From Daphnia carinata (Eukaryota), in assembly GCF_022539665.2 (NCBI RefSeq), contig NC_081331.1, positions 8,308,001 to 8,372,000 of the forward strand: DNA of 64,000 nt. Direction: 5' to 3'. A model generated the notes under the pieces. That model was not told the DNA's origin and searched no databases. It saw nothing but the letters and a program-made list of their open reading frames with translations. A program made the position numbers and the translations under genes. This document shows positions 11,351-24,502 of the stretch, in pieces; positions within the stretch are counted from its first letter, which is position 1; the number at the start of each line of letters is the position of its first letter.

Positions 11351-14300
11351 CCCTAGTAGAACAAGATATCTTCACACAATCTTAAAGATAGCGATACATC
11401 TATGGCAAATACATCTTAGATATCTTACTACTATCTTTGTACTAGCTTTGTACTAGCTAAATGTCATGGGGTGGAGATATCTTGTTTATATATCTTACGA
11501 ATATCCTAAAAGCCACTTTCTACATAACTGTATAGGGAACTTATCGCTCTAAAATAAATAGTAAATACAAAAAAAAGAATACATTTTTTAAAGACAGTTT
11601 ATTTTTAAAATCCGAATTACAATTGGCAAAGAAACACAAGTTACAAACTGTGACAGGAAGACATTCAAGTCTTATTATTAATTAGAATCGCTGCTGTTGT
11701 CTTCCGCCGCAAGTTTCGCTTGTTCTGCCACAAAACGCCCTTTTGCATTATGAAGATACGATTTGGTTTCAGCGACGAACACTTCTTTTTCCAGATCTTT
11801 AAACTTTGAATTGGAGATGATTCTAACTAAATATAAAATATTTTTATTTAACTACTTATTTTACTCTTTACTTATATCTCTTCTCTATATAAAATGGTTA
11901 CCTCTTACTAATTCCGTTATACGACAAGAGTGGATTCCTTTTTTTCCCATTCCGCCGTTTACTCTCTTATCACGTCTCCCAAGCCAATTTACATCCTTAG
12001 AGAGTGAATCTTCAAATACTGTTCTCCACGCTCTTTGTACACATAGTCGCCTTCAGAATTTTTGGAATTCTTTTTTCCTGAAAGACGGATTTTTCGGACT
12101 ATCTATTCATGAATGAAAGAGGAGCTTAACATACTAAATGAAATATATAAATTATTGAAAACTTACTAGCTTCTTCAGATTTTCATCTTTTTTAAGAATT
12201 TTTTCGAATGCTTCCAATACTAAGTTTTTTAATGGAAGAGAAGCAATGCCTTCATCTATTTCCTCAATGCATTCGTTAACTGGATTAATTTTTTTATCGA
12301 TCATAGACAACTTTTCATTAATCTTGGCAAGGTCAGAGAAGTATTTCTCTTTGTCGTGATTGACTTTCTTTGGAATGGGAAGAGACGATGGAGAATCCGT
12401 AGTATAATAAGACGAAGAATCTCGGGATGTAGAAGGGCCGGAACTACTTTCAGCATCTAAAAATATATGGTTAAGGATTATACGTTTAAAATGAAAATAT
12501 TCTGATTAGTTACGAAGTTGCAGATGATGTGATTCATTTGGCCTATAGCTTGTTATTGCTCCAATATTTTGCTGGCTCGGAAATTCAGGGACAGTTGATG
12601 GTGTTTGATAAGAAGAATTCATTAAATGTGAATTATAGTTCCAGTACGGCTGCTGCATTCCCCAGTTGTAATGACCACCATTGTAATTAAATTGCGGATG
12701 CATATTTTCTGATATGTTAACAATAAACAAAATAAAGAAAAATATGTAAAACAGTATTGAAAAAGAGGTTGATGAAAGAAAGGTATTTTTTATGATTACC
12801 GAACTGGTGGGTTCCATATGAGTCGTCGGAATTACCTATTTAATGCACAAGAATATTTTGTAAAAAAAGGTTTCATTAAACTAGAATTAACATTACCAGA
12901 CTGAATCGACTGTTGAATTTGCATATCCACAGGAGACGACGAATCTTCTGTAATTATAGAATAAGGAGAGTAAGGTAATTATAGAAGGAGTGCACTGCAC
13001 ATTTAATCCGAATAGTAACGGCGAACAAAAACACGATATAATAGACAAGACAACAGTAACTGAACCAAAAATTAAGAAGTAAATAATATCATTATTACCA
13101 GGTTGAAACGATTGTTGACTTGGCATATGCACAGGAGACGATGTATCTTCTATAATTATAGAATAAGTTAGGTAATTACCGCAAGAGTGACCGGCACATT
13201 TGTCCGAAAAGAAACGTGAAACAAAAATAAACGATATACTAGACGAGACCACAGTAACTGTACCAAAATAACGAAATAAGCAGCATAATTACCAGGCGCA
13301 TTCAATGACAGAACTTCGGCATTGGAACGCACTATTAACGCTTCCAGACTTGACATATCGCTATGAGGTAACGAAAATTTTTCAACTTAATGAAAAATTG
13401 CGTTGCATGAATGTTATGCAACAGTGTATTAAATATTATAATTACGAGACGAATTTGACGAAAGGACCACAGCATTAGAAGACAAACGTTTATCAGAACT
13501 GGAGGAACCTCTCTTACTAGTAGAAGCAGCAGCAATGACTAAACGAAATGACAATAAGACTTGGTTTATAGGTTTGTTAAAAGTTCAAAATCAATTATCC
13601 TTTTTAGTTGACGTTGAAGCATTGCTGAAATGTTTAGAAACCAACAAGGCTCTAGGAGGTATTGGAAGCAAAGTAGTAGTGGCCATTCCTTTGACAGAGT
13701 TTGTATGGGAGGCTTTCTTAATCGTCTTTCCTTTGCTGGGTGCTGATTTTTTAGGTGGGCTGAGAGACTCTTCCTCGCTGTCTATTTCTGTTGTTGATTG
13801 TCCAGGTATATTTAGTTTTTTTCCTTTTAGGGACTCGTTTTCCTCTGCCTGAGTTTTCTTGATTAAGAATGGGCAGGCCAGTTTCAACACGGGGAAGACT
13901 TGTTCTTGCTTCTTCATACGTGTCTTTAAAAAGGAAGCAATATTGTTACATTAAACATACAAAATGAAGTAGTAACGCAAATTACCAAAAGTTCCAATTA
14001 TTTGGAAATCCTCGTATCTCTGCCATGTTTCCTCATCAGGTGGAACGCCACACTACAAAATTTGGATTTGATGTGCAGCTGAATAACTATCATTCGGTAA
14101 ATAGAGAATGTCTTCCTCTATCCAATTTTCTGCCACTACGTAAAGCCAGTTATCTATTATAGGTAATATTTTGGGAACTTCAACAATACAACAACAATAC
14201 AAAGGTATTGAATATCTCATAATATATCTAGCAGTTAGCTGGTAGATATCTATAAAGACATATAAAATTGATATGACGTTTTGATATACAATAGATATCT

Positions 14301-14373
14301 TAGAGAACTAAATACATCGGGTAGACATATATATATCTTAAAGATAGGAGTAAGATATCTTGTTCTACTAGGG
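11351..14373 (-). mobile_element. CACTA/EnSpm (CMC) non-autonomous DNA transposon, 3.0 kb
   Basis: 22-bp TIR CCCTAGTAGAACAAGATATCTT...AAGATATCTTGTTCTACTAGGG. AGATATCT subterminal repeats. Imperfect 2-3 bp TSD (gaa/taa). The Gypsy gag frame resumes after it. Confidence 0.85.
11680..14219 (-). pseudogene. Multi-exon DUF4806/BEN-like accessory gene of the CACTA element
   Basis: N-terminus IVEVPK...YVVAENWIEED...PPDEETWQRY. Low-complexity mini-exons in the middle. C-terminus AWRTVFEDSLSKDVNWLGRR...KKGI and final exon TKSYLHNAKGRF. GT-AG introns of ~60-75 nt. Some disabling mutations. Confidence 0.65.
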
Positions 14374-16603
14374 TAATTGGAAGTATCACAACATAACTTA
14401 GCCTTACAAAATCGGAAAACCATGTCACTAAAAAGCGAGATAACAGCACTAGGGCAAGCACTCCAGTTAGAACGACAAGCAGCCGAAAGAGCAGCTAACC
14501 TAGATACCGAACACAACCATCTTAGGGAAAACATAGAAACATTGATTAGAAACAACCAAGCACTAGGAGAACAAAGAGAACAGGAAATCGACGAAACCGA
14601 TAGAAACCAAGAAACATCGAGAATGACGGCTAACGATGATATTAAAGCGCTAGCAGCAGCCATTAGTCTCAGGGACGAAACACAGAATACACCAATTTAT
14701 AGTGGAAATGTAAACGACCAACCGATAGGGGTATGGTTACGAGATGCATAGGCAATAGCAACGATACACGAATGGCCGAGAGAAGTCACAAAAAAGATCC
14801 TAGCCACCCATTTAAAGGGAACAGCACTGCAGTGGCACATAGATAGACTACGGGAAGCGCCAAGAGAAACATATGCCGAATGGAGGAATGCATTGAAAGA
14901 GCACTTCAAGCACCCAGCAGATAGAGCTAATCAGAAATCGAAGTTATTATTAGTGAAGCGATCACCTAACCAACCAGTCACGCACATTATCGACAAAATC
15001 ACGCAAGCGTATAACGCAATTTATAAGGAAGGGGATGAGGAGCAAGTTCAAAGTACTGAATTGACAGCCCTTAAGGATGATACTCTAATTAAAATGCTAC
15101 TAGATGGACTACTTCCACCCATCAAAACTATACTATTACAAGAAATATCTCAACACCCCAATTTGGCAAAATTTCAAACAAGCAGCTCTAGAAGCAGAAG
15201 AAATTGCTTATAATACGCAGCCGCTTGAACTCAAACCATTATTCAAGCTAGAAACACAGTAACTGCCTAGAGACGTAGAAGCAGAATTTACCCAAACAAA
15301 ATTGGAAATAGAAGAATTGAAAAACAATCTAACAAAATTTAATCTGGTACGACACCGAAAGCAGGAAAAGAACGGTCGTTGAATAATATCGACACCTATC
15401 GACAAAGTAGGACTTCGTCCAGATACAATACCGTAAAGTGGGAGGATAGACAACAGTCAAGGGATAACTCGTGTAATAGAGACCGTCAAAATCACTCGTA
15501 CAACTGACACAGATCTTACGACAGAAACCGCTCTGAGTCACGAGATAGATCCTACAGTCGAGGAAGATATCAGAGCAGAAGATTCCAGGATAGAGATAGA
15601 AGCGACTCTCGAACAAGACGTTACAGCGAACGTCCAAGATTTAAGAGCCCCCACCCCTCAGCGGATCCCGCAAGGAAACAAAGAGTAGGAGGTAATAGCA
15701 AGGAAAACCCTATTACTTGCCATAGATGCCTCAACACCGGGCATGTAGCGAAAGACTGTCGGACCGAAAAGATTACAACCAAAAACGGAAAGAAAACACA
15801 AACATGTAGATTAATTAGAATACCTGTAGAATTTAGCAATCAGAAAGCACAATCTTTAATAGACACAGGAGCGGCAGCTAGTATAATTTCATCAGAAAGA
15901 TTAGCCGTATTACCCCATAAGGCGATCATAACCGAATTAGATACCAAAACTAACCAGTCATTTGTATCGGCGTCAGGAAACATAATGTACCCATTAGGAT
16001 GTTTCAAACTAAGAATCAAGCTAACACCGAATTGTAGCTTAGAACACGATTTCTTTGTGTTACCTTAGACACAGGAAGGTTGCATCTTCTTCTTGGGATT
16101 AGTTTTTTTCAAAAAATATAAAACAAAAATAGATATAGCTAATAATACACTAACGTTATTATTAAACGAAGTAGAATCCGGGATTATTCTTAGAAAAGTA
16201 GAAATTCCTAACTATAACATTAAAGAGAGTTCAACTATAACCTTTGGACTGTCGCACCTAAAAGGAACGGATAGACTAGAAATGGAACAAGTCTTAAATA
16301 ATCACAAATTATTTTTCGCGTCTCAGCTAATAGAGTTAGGATGCACTAACGTACTCAAACATAGGATAATAACGACGGGAAACCCGAAATTGAGAGGAGC
16401 ATATAGGATACCAGCAGCCATTAAACCAAGCAAGACAACAGATAGAGGAGATGTTAAAGTACAATATCATTCGAGAAAGTCATAGCACTTTCAGAGCATC
16501 CATAGTGATGGTAAAAAAGAAATCGGGGGAATTACGATTTTCTGTAGACTACAGGGACCTAAACGTGGTCACTGTAAAGGATCGTTACCCTCTACCAAGA
16601 ATA

Positions 16604-19600
16604 GTTTAGTTTATTAAATAGTTTGCAAACACCATTTAAATACAAATTGAAATTCGCTTTTGTTTTAGCTCGTCACCTAATTCGTGGGTGACTTCGATGG
16701 TGGCCGAGATCTGGGTCCATTTTCGTTCATTGTAGACGACAGTAAACTAGAGATCTTTTCCTATGTTCATCTTTTAAGCCTTTCCTTGTAAGCCATCTAA
16801 GGGCGTGTGGGTAATCACCTATGTGATGTATCGAGAAATTAAATTTGTAGCGAGGTGATGATGATGAGATGTATTGCCACAATAATGAGTTGCGATATGA
16901 AAAGAGAATAAAGAAGCTCAGCCACGCCGAATTGCTGAGAGACACGTATAGCAAATCGGTTACAGTAGCTAGAAGAAAAAGGCGAGATGTCTCGCCGTCC
17001 AGAAAACAAAAACGAAACTGCCCCCGTGATAGTGGTTTTTTTTTCGGATTTTTTTCTTCCTTTTTATTTCTTCCCTCAGGGTCGAGAGGGTTGGGGGTAA
17101 CAAAACGCGTTACTTAAGCTATGCGTACGCACATGCGTTCTGTTCCATTGGGAAAACCTGTGTGATTCATTGACAAGCTTGAAGGCCAAGCAGAAGGAAT
17201 GTTGAAAGCCAGAGCCATCGAAAAATTATCTGTTGGCTGAAGAGGGGAAAGGATAGTACGTGTGGGGAGAGAAAAGTTGAGAGGAGTGATTTCTTGACCA
17301 AATCTAAACATCCGTAAAACAAGAATGCGAACCCGTTAGCTGGGCACAAGTCTGACGAAATTAGATGCATGCAACCCAAACTGAAATGGGAAAAAATGAA
17401 TCTGAATTCATATAGGACAAAAGCAACTAGGCCAACAAAGATTTCACGTTATGCGACATATAAAAACCTAAAGAAAGTATTATAATATTCGATGATGTGA
17501 TTCCACATAGCACACGCAATCAAACGGACATCCTCAGTATATTCAATTAGCACAAGGAAACATGTTACGAACATCCGTGGAATTTTCCTACCTTCGGATT
17601 GGATGTCCATTAGGTACCGACTGATTATTACATGACCGCCCGGGATAATGTCGATGGATATCCGAGTGAGCCTACATAAATTTGGTAAAGCGACCAATAG
17701 AGCTCTGTGGCTGGAACTGCACTCAGTTCTCCGGCACAACATTCGGATGCTCTCCATTAGACCATGCAACACATATTTTAACTACCATTTTTAAACAACA
17801 GGACAAAGACGATCTCAAATCACAAACAGGACTTTTTTAAAATTAAGATAAAATCAAAATTAAAGTTAACATTAAAGTTATACTAGATTACAGTATCACA
17901 TTAAAAGTAGTTAGCAATAAACCAAATAATGAATGAATTTTATCAATATTTTTACTTAAGTATGATTTGTTAATTTTCAAAAAGATTTAATTATTTAAAA
18001 CTAAAATCATATAATAACTAATTCATGTTTTGGATTTTGCAACGCTAAATAAGCTGCATTTTATTCACTTCCTTTTTCTAGCTTACGTTAATTTCAATGG
18101 CTTGATTAGTTTTAAGCTAATGACGCTACCTGGCAAAAGTAAAGCCAACTCAAACATATCCCTAGCTTACTATCTGCAACCTAACGAAGAGGCTGCTTGA
18201 TGGGCCTAGCATTTGTACAGCACCAAAATTCAAGCTTACCGTTTTGTCCGGAGAGCACAGTAGTGTAGCTCAGTAAAAACTAGCTGAAAACATTTCTGGA
18301 CTCAGATGGCCTTTACACTCCAGGCTGCTGAAGTGAAAAACGTGTTGCGAGAGGACAGCGCACAATTCCGATGAAGGTGATGTTGATAAGCTGATGTACA
18401 CCATTCGGAGTTTTAAATTCTTGAAAGATCCGAAACCTGATATCGATAATTGGGAGGGATATAATTACGAAGAAGGAGAACAATACGTTTTTGTTACAGA
18501 TCTCGAAAGATCGGTAATGGCTTTTAAGACCGACAGTCTTGAAAACCCCTGGTTCCCCTAACTTGTCAAGATAATGAAACTGAAGAAGAAGCGAGTTTTA
18601 ATTGACTGCTGATCGCTATACACAACGACTGGCTTTCCCCTTATGCTAGAAAATTGAGAAAAGGCCATGAGAAAAGCCTCTGCGCTGAGGCTGGCCGTTA
18701 CTTCTAGATGAACTGCTCGCGTTGTAAGGCACTTAAAAAGGCAGATTCATCTTTTTTCGCGTCGTCGCCCTCTTCCCCCTACTTTGACAGTCAATGGACC
18801 AAAGTAGTCGATTCCTGTATGAGCAAACGGGGACAAGAATGGCGTTATGCGATGAACCGGTAATGGAGCCATGAGTGGCATTATTGGTTGTAAGTTCCTT
18901 CGCTTGCAGGGAATACACTTGTTGAGTAGAGATTTAATTACCCTCCGCCCAGCGGTTATCCAGTGCATATTTCGAAACTCATCCAACAAGCGATCGGCCT
19001 GAATGTAATAATTTCGAACGTAAGTATCCTAAACGGCGAGATTTGTGATACGTTCCTCTGGGGGCAGAATGATTGGATGTTTTGTCACATAATCGACAGG
19101 TGCTTGACCTTTGGGTGGTCGAATTGACCACCCACTCGCATTAGTTGTTATTTGTCAACAAGCGGTCGAAACTGCTTGAGCTTTGACCGGTTTGGCAATT
19201 CTTTTCCCTCTTTTAAGAACGACAGACCTTCCGGGTATACCACTTCTTGTACACGTCAGATGCACATTGCCGGAGCTATTTCAGTTTCAGCTGGCGTCAG
19301 TTCTCCTGAAGTTACCTTTAGTTTCTGTGCTCTCGCACGACAGTTTTCGGTAAACCGTGAACACCACGCAAGCACTCGTTCAAGGCGCACTTTGTTTGAA
19401 TAATATACCACACACTTGTCGATCACGTTGTCACTGAGTTCGGTTATTGTTGTATAGACGTGGAGGACTTCGGGATCTTGATTGTCATTCAGCTCGATCT
19501 GATCCCACGTTGGTCATAGTGGAGGTTCCAACAATAAGCAGACTGGTCCTTGTTGGAAGCGCTGGAGTTCTTTGAGGTTGTCGGGGTCCAATCCTCTGCT

Positions 19601-22600
19601 GCAGACGTCTGCTGGATTCTGGATTCCTGGTACGTGACGTCATTGTCGGCAGTCGGTGTTCATTAAGATCTTTCTAATTTTGTTGCCCACAAACCCTTCA
19701 TATTTGACGTTACCTAAATGGATCCATCTCAAAACTGTCTGGGAGTTGACATGCAACACGATTTGGCTCAGATCCAGGTTCATCTCACGGCAGATTATTA
19801 TGGCCAGATGTAAAGTTTCGAGCGTTCCTTGAAGCTGGAGCCGTGTGATCGAGAGTTGCTTTAGCGGTGCGACATGTGTCTTGGCCATGCTGAAGGATAA
19901 GTCTCCTCTTTCAGTGGCGTATGTCGTCACATACGCGACTGCTCCAAATCCTGGTTGACTGGCGTCGCAAAGACATGTAGCTGTTGAGCCGTGGGATGAT
20001 CTCCGTTAACGAAACATCGAAGAACTGTGGTGCGTTCTAAGCCTGGCAAACTTTGACACCATCTTAGGAATCGAAATTTCAATGGCTTGGGTAGCTTTTC
20101 GTCCCAATCTAATTTGGCTCGCCATACCTCTTGCGTCAATATTTCCATGACGAACACCACCAGAGCGACGAATCCAAGCGGATCCTAACCAGTGGCTACC
20201 ACACCTACAAGATTTCTCTTAGTAGGTGTGGCGTGCGACTCAATTTTCTCTTCCACTTTGAAAGTGAAAGCATCGATTTCACTGTCCCAAAGAATTCCTA
20301 GGCCGTGATCCATAGGTAATTTGTCCAGGTCTAAATCCAGCTTTGGGTTGGCTAGTTCTTATGGTTTATGAGCCATAAGAACCTTTCTTGACGACGAAGA
20401 CCATTTAGTGAGGTTAAACCCCCCCAGCTGCAGCAAATCCTTTAACTGGCGTTCGATTGCCTCTTCTGCCGAATTGAATGAATCCAAATAGTTGTCGACG
20501 TAGAAACTTGTTGTTACGCTGGCTGCTACCTCTGGAAATTTCATTTTGTTGTCTTTGGCTGTTTTATTTAAGGCGAACAAGCAGGTCGACGGCTCCAAAG
20601 ACATGAACTGTCATTCTGTAAGTGAGAGGTGGCGACGTACTACTGGGCGATCGGTACAAAAACCGAACGCATCTTGATCCTCCTCTGGAACTAACACTTA
20701 ATGATACATTTTCTCAATGTCACTACTGATGAAAATTAGGTACTTCCGAAAGCGCAAGATTATTCCAAGTAAATTAAAAAGGTAGTTCGGTCCACGAAGA
20801 AGATTTTTATTTAAGGAGGTACCGTCGCACTCCGCCGAACAGTCGAAAACCATTCTTGTTTTTGTCGTCGAACTTGCTGAGCTTTGAACACCGTGAGGCA
20901 TGTAGTCCGTCATTGGTGTTCGTCTCTTTTCTTCTTAGGTATACAAGAGACGAGCATGGCCAAGTTTTATATATTCTTGGATTACGTCATCGTACCGCTT
21001 AACATAGTTGGAGTCTCTCTTGAAGCGCCGTTAGATCTGGAAGAGGCGGCTAAGCGCCATACTGCGGTTGTCCGGTAATTCTGGGTTGTCGGTCTTCTAC
21101 ATCAGGCTGGCTTGATTGGTGATTCTTTATGTATTTGGTGGTCTTTTTCAGAATCTCCTCTCCCCGTCGATCTTCTGCTGACATGACTGTGGGAACTTGC
21201 ACAGAGTTTTTCGCCTCCATGCTCCAAAACCGTTCGACGAGCTCGGAGAGGCTCATTTCCCCTTCTTTGATGTGATGTTAGCGAAGTAAGGACTTTTATG
21301 CTCGTATTCGTCTTGCGGGCCCATTTTTCCTCCCAGACACCAAAAACCATCCAAAAGGCGTGTTAAAATCTAACGGCCCCGTCTACCCATTGATTGGCTT
21401 ACGCGATTCGCTATAGTCGTGGGCGTCTGCTACGTCGAGGCCGATTAGGACCGTCACTTGGTTGGGTTGGGCTTCCGGAAGCTTCAGACCTTGCAGATGT
21501 GGAAATGCCTTTGCTTGTAAACCCAAAAATGTTGGATTTTCCGAATCGTAGGACGTCACATTGATCTTCGTTGTTGGCCCGGATAAAACTAGTTTGCTTC
21601 TGGCCACATCACTTCGGATTAAAATCGAGTCACTCCCGCTGTCTAGAAATTCAGAGGTATCAAAGAACTTCTCTCCCTGTTATAGACGAACGGGAACAAT
21701 TTTGAAAAGCATTCTTCATCGGCTGTCCTCCCCGTCTCTGATGTTCTTCGGCAGCTTGGTAACGACATGCATCATGTTGCCCAACGACTCGAATTCGTCT
21801 GCGAGTCCAGTTGTTGACAGAGCGGAGACGGCTCCATGAAGCTTGTTGGAGAATGTTTTCAGACTGGTGCTGTCGTTCGGCTGCACGGACGGAACTCGAA
21901 GGAGATTGTTGAGATGCGTCTGAACCAAAATAGTAGTATGACCATATTCTTGGCCGTGCCGATGCAAGACTACATCATATTTGCTCGGGTCATGCACACA
22001 ATCAACTACCGAGTTGAGAACCTGCGTAGCCAGCAGCTCCTGCAAATGCGCTAACCGGATTCAATTGTCGCTGCTCCGGTTGTGGTACAGCATCACGAAT
22101 TTGGACTTGAACATTTGGTAGCTAAACGGGTTGCCGTCGAACTTGGTGATGGTGAGCGGTGGAAGTGCTGATATCCGCAACGAATCGAAAAGTTGGCAGA
22201 TGAGACTAGACTCTGATTTCGTTGCCTCCATGTTATATATTTGTTCGCCCGCTGTCCCCGCTCCTCCACATCGTTCCAAGAGGCTGACTGCCTGTGGCGG
22301 TGAGGATGAGGTGCTGCCTTGCGGCCATCCTAAGGGTTCGTGACGCTGAGACAACATCCCTTGTATCGATGTGTCCAGCCGACCTTGGGATGATATATCT
22401 CACCCTCATGGCATTCTTTAGACATTTTTGGGGCAAGTTTTTGTACAAGGCATTTCAACTTGTCGAGCTCTTTCGACTGCGATTCACAGGTTTTCTGGAT
22501 GGCTTCTAGTCTCATTTCGACTTTCTTCGAGTTTCACTCATTCTCTTCCAACATTTGGCCAATCGCCGACTTGAGTCGAATATCCGTCTTCTTTTCCAAG

Positions 22601-24200
22601 GTTGCTGAAGATTTTTCGTTAACTTCATGGATCGACTGTAAAAGTTGCTCGATCGCATTTAACGACTCACTCTGCCGTCTTGCTTGCACAGATGACTTCT
22701 TACTGGCGTTGTCGATGTCTGACAGAAGCTCACCGTGTCGGTTTAAGACGTTTTGGGTGTTGCCAGCTTGGATTTCAACCTCTTGGATCTTTGCAGATAC
22801 AGTCGAATTTTCTTTTAGACTTGCCTTTGTCACCGTCGGGTTAATAGTGACTGACGATGCACGTGACGATATAGTCGACCGCGATGCTAGATGTTGGTCC
22901 GTTTCTGACAGTACACTCTGGTGATCTGTCGCGAAATGTACTTCCCAGCGTTTGTTTTCAGGCGTTTACCTGGTAGATTGGTAACTGTCTCCACATATTT
23001 CTCGTGAAGCTCTATGGTCTGATCGAACAGTTACACGAGTTTGGTGCGCTAGATGCCCAACTGGCCTTTACTGAGACGAATGCCTTGACGATGTTGACGG
23101 ATACAATCGTGGATCCTGGTCGACATTGTGGTGTGTTCTCTCTTTCGTATGTCTCGTGCTTGCGTAAGACTAGGAATTGATGAGTCGTGACTCATGTTTC
23201 CGTCATGGTGATCAGGCTCCGACTCTGCGATTTTTAAGGCCGTTACAGATTATTTCTTGGTGGGTTTTGAGATGACTCCTGTGCTTCCGCCATGGTGAAC
23301 CGGCCCCGACTCAGCAATTTATAAAGCCACTGCAAAATTCTTCATTTGCGAGATTTGTCATGGTTCCATGGGCCTCAGTCATCATCGACGGATACAGTTC
23401 AAACGATTAGTCGACCAATGTGAACACAAAACGTGAAACAACATGAAGTCGATACAGTACAAAGGGATACAGTACCCGGGTTTCGGTACCATTTGTTACA
23501 GATCTTGAAAGATCGGTAATGGCTTTTAAGACCGACAGTCTTGAAAGCTTTGGTTCTCCTAACTTATCAAGATGATGAAACTAAAGAAGAAGCGAGTTTT
23601 AATTGACTGTATTAACTGAAGGAGGGCCACACTTCGGTTGCTCTTTAGCTCACACTTTCTCCAGGGGAGTCGACAACTATCTGCGTAGAGTTTTGCAGGC
23701 TATTTCAGAGGGGATCGGCGACCTACTCGAACAAGAAGAAACAAGAAGAACAAGAAAAATAGACTACCCAGACCCGTCACCACCTATGGTGACCGATAAG
23801 AGAGCCCTCTGGTTTCCCAGCGAATTTGAACCTTACCGATCAAATCGGTGACAGTTCCTGACGATTACGTCTTCGGAGAAGACAAGCAGTTCCAAGTTAA
23901 ATTTAATGCACACTAAAGGAGCTATTACATGGGAAAAATTGGAATATAATGAAGTAGACAGGTATTCGTAGTTTTCTGGAAATATCGGTTGGTATAAACC
24001 CCTGTTGGTGTGGCAAATTATATTTGATTATTCATATTTAATAGATTACATTTTGTAATCGTAAACCGATAGGTAAATTCAAGGAATTGCAGAAATCGAG
24101 ATATCCTCTATGTAAGCTTTTTCTAGCTTCTCTATGTAAACTTTTTTAAAGTGGAACACGTGAGGTGGACTGCGGAGCTTTGTTCAAATTCTTTCAATGG
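16604..24200 (-). mobile_element. Highly degraded non-LTR retrotransposon (LINE, I/R1-like), split by BEL element 3
   Basis: Minus-strand C-terminal CCHC remnant CRFCFLDGETSRLFLL..CNRF (~16950-17020). AATAAA at the 3' end (~16610). PENY (RPISL-like) remnant at ~23970, on the far side of the BEL insertion. Boundaries are approximate. Confidence 0.45.
18492..23853 (-). mobile_element. BEL/Pao LTR retrotransposon 3, degenerate with internal deletions
   Basis: 5' LTR 23494-23853. PBS TGGTACCGAAACCCGGG (tRNA-Phe, 23475-23491). 3' LTR remnant 18492-~18609 fused to mid-integrase. Gag KFDGNP, protease FLDSGSD, RT FYVDNY, RNase H KTHVAPLK, integrase GIDYFGP. Degenerate TSD gtttt/gttcc. Confidence 0.92.
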
Positions 24201-24502
24201 AGTATGTTAAATAGTTTATTTAGCAGACATGTAGTCTCTTGGGCGAGTTACCGAAAGTACTCCAGGGTTTCCGACTCTTGGTTGCAGGTTTCCGCCACGT
24301 GGACATCTGGTGCACAACGGTAGGGCGTCTGCCTATCGACGTTTGGACTACTGGTTCCCGACGTTTGGGCACAAAAATTTAAATGTTGCTGAACCTAATG
24401 AGCAGCACACTTTACGGCCAATGGACTCCATTCATTTTCGTTAGTTAAAAATTATAACTATACTAAATTAGTCGTTAGTTTAATAATAAAATTAATAATA
24501 AT

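Larger units (their letters stand above)
9601..16603 (+). mobile_element. Gypsy LTR retrotransposon 1, degenerate and 3'-truncated in RT; interrupted by a CACTA element
   Basis: Long coiled-coil Gag (~10150-11350, resuming at 14377). Capsid-like region, RS-rich linker, zinc knuckle CHRCLNTGHVAKDC (~15718-15759), protease LIDTGAAAS (~15855). RT start ends at VDYRDLNVVTVKDRYPLPRI (~16603). Many stops and frameshifts. Confidence 0.9.

Noticed and set aside
12893..13252. 119-aa ORF with apparent transmembrane segments
   Set aside because: The hydrophobic stretches coincide with T-rich predicted introns of the CACTA gene.
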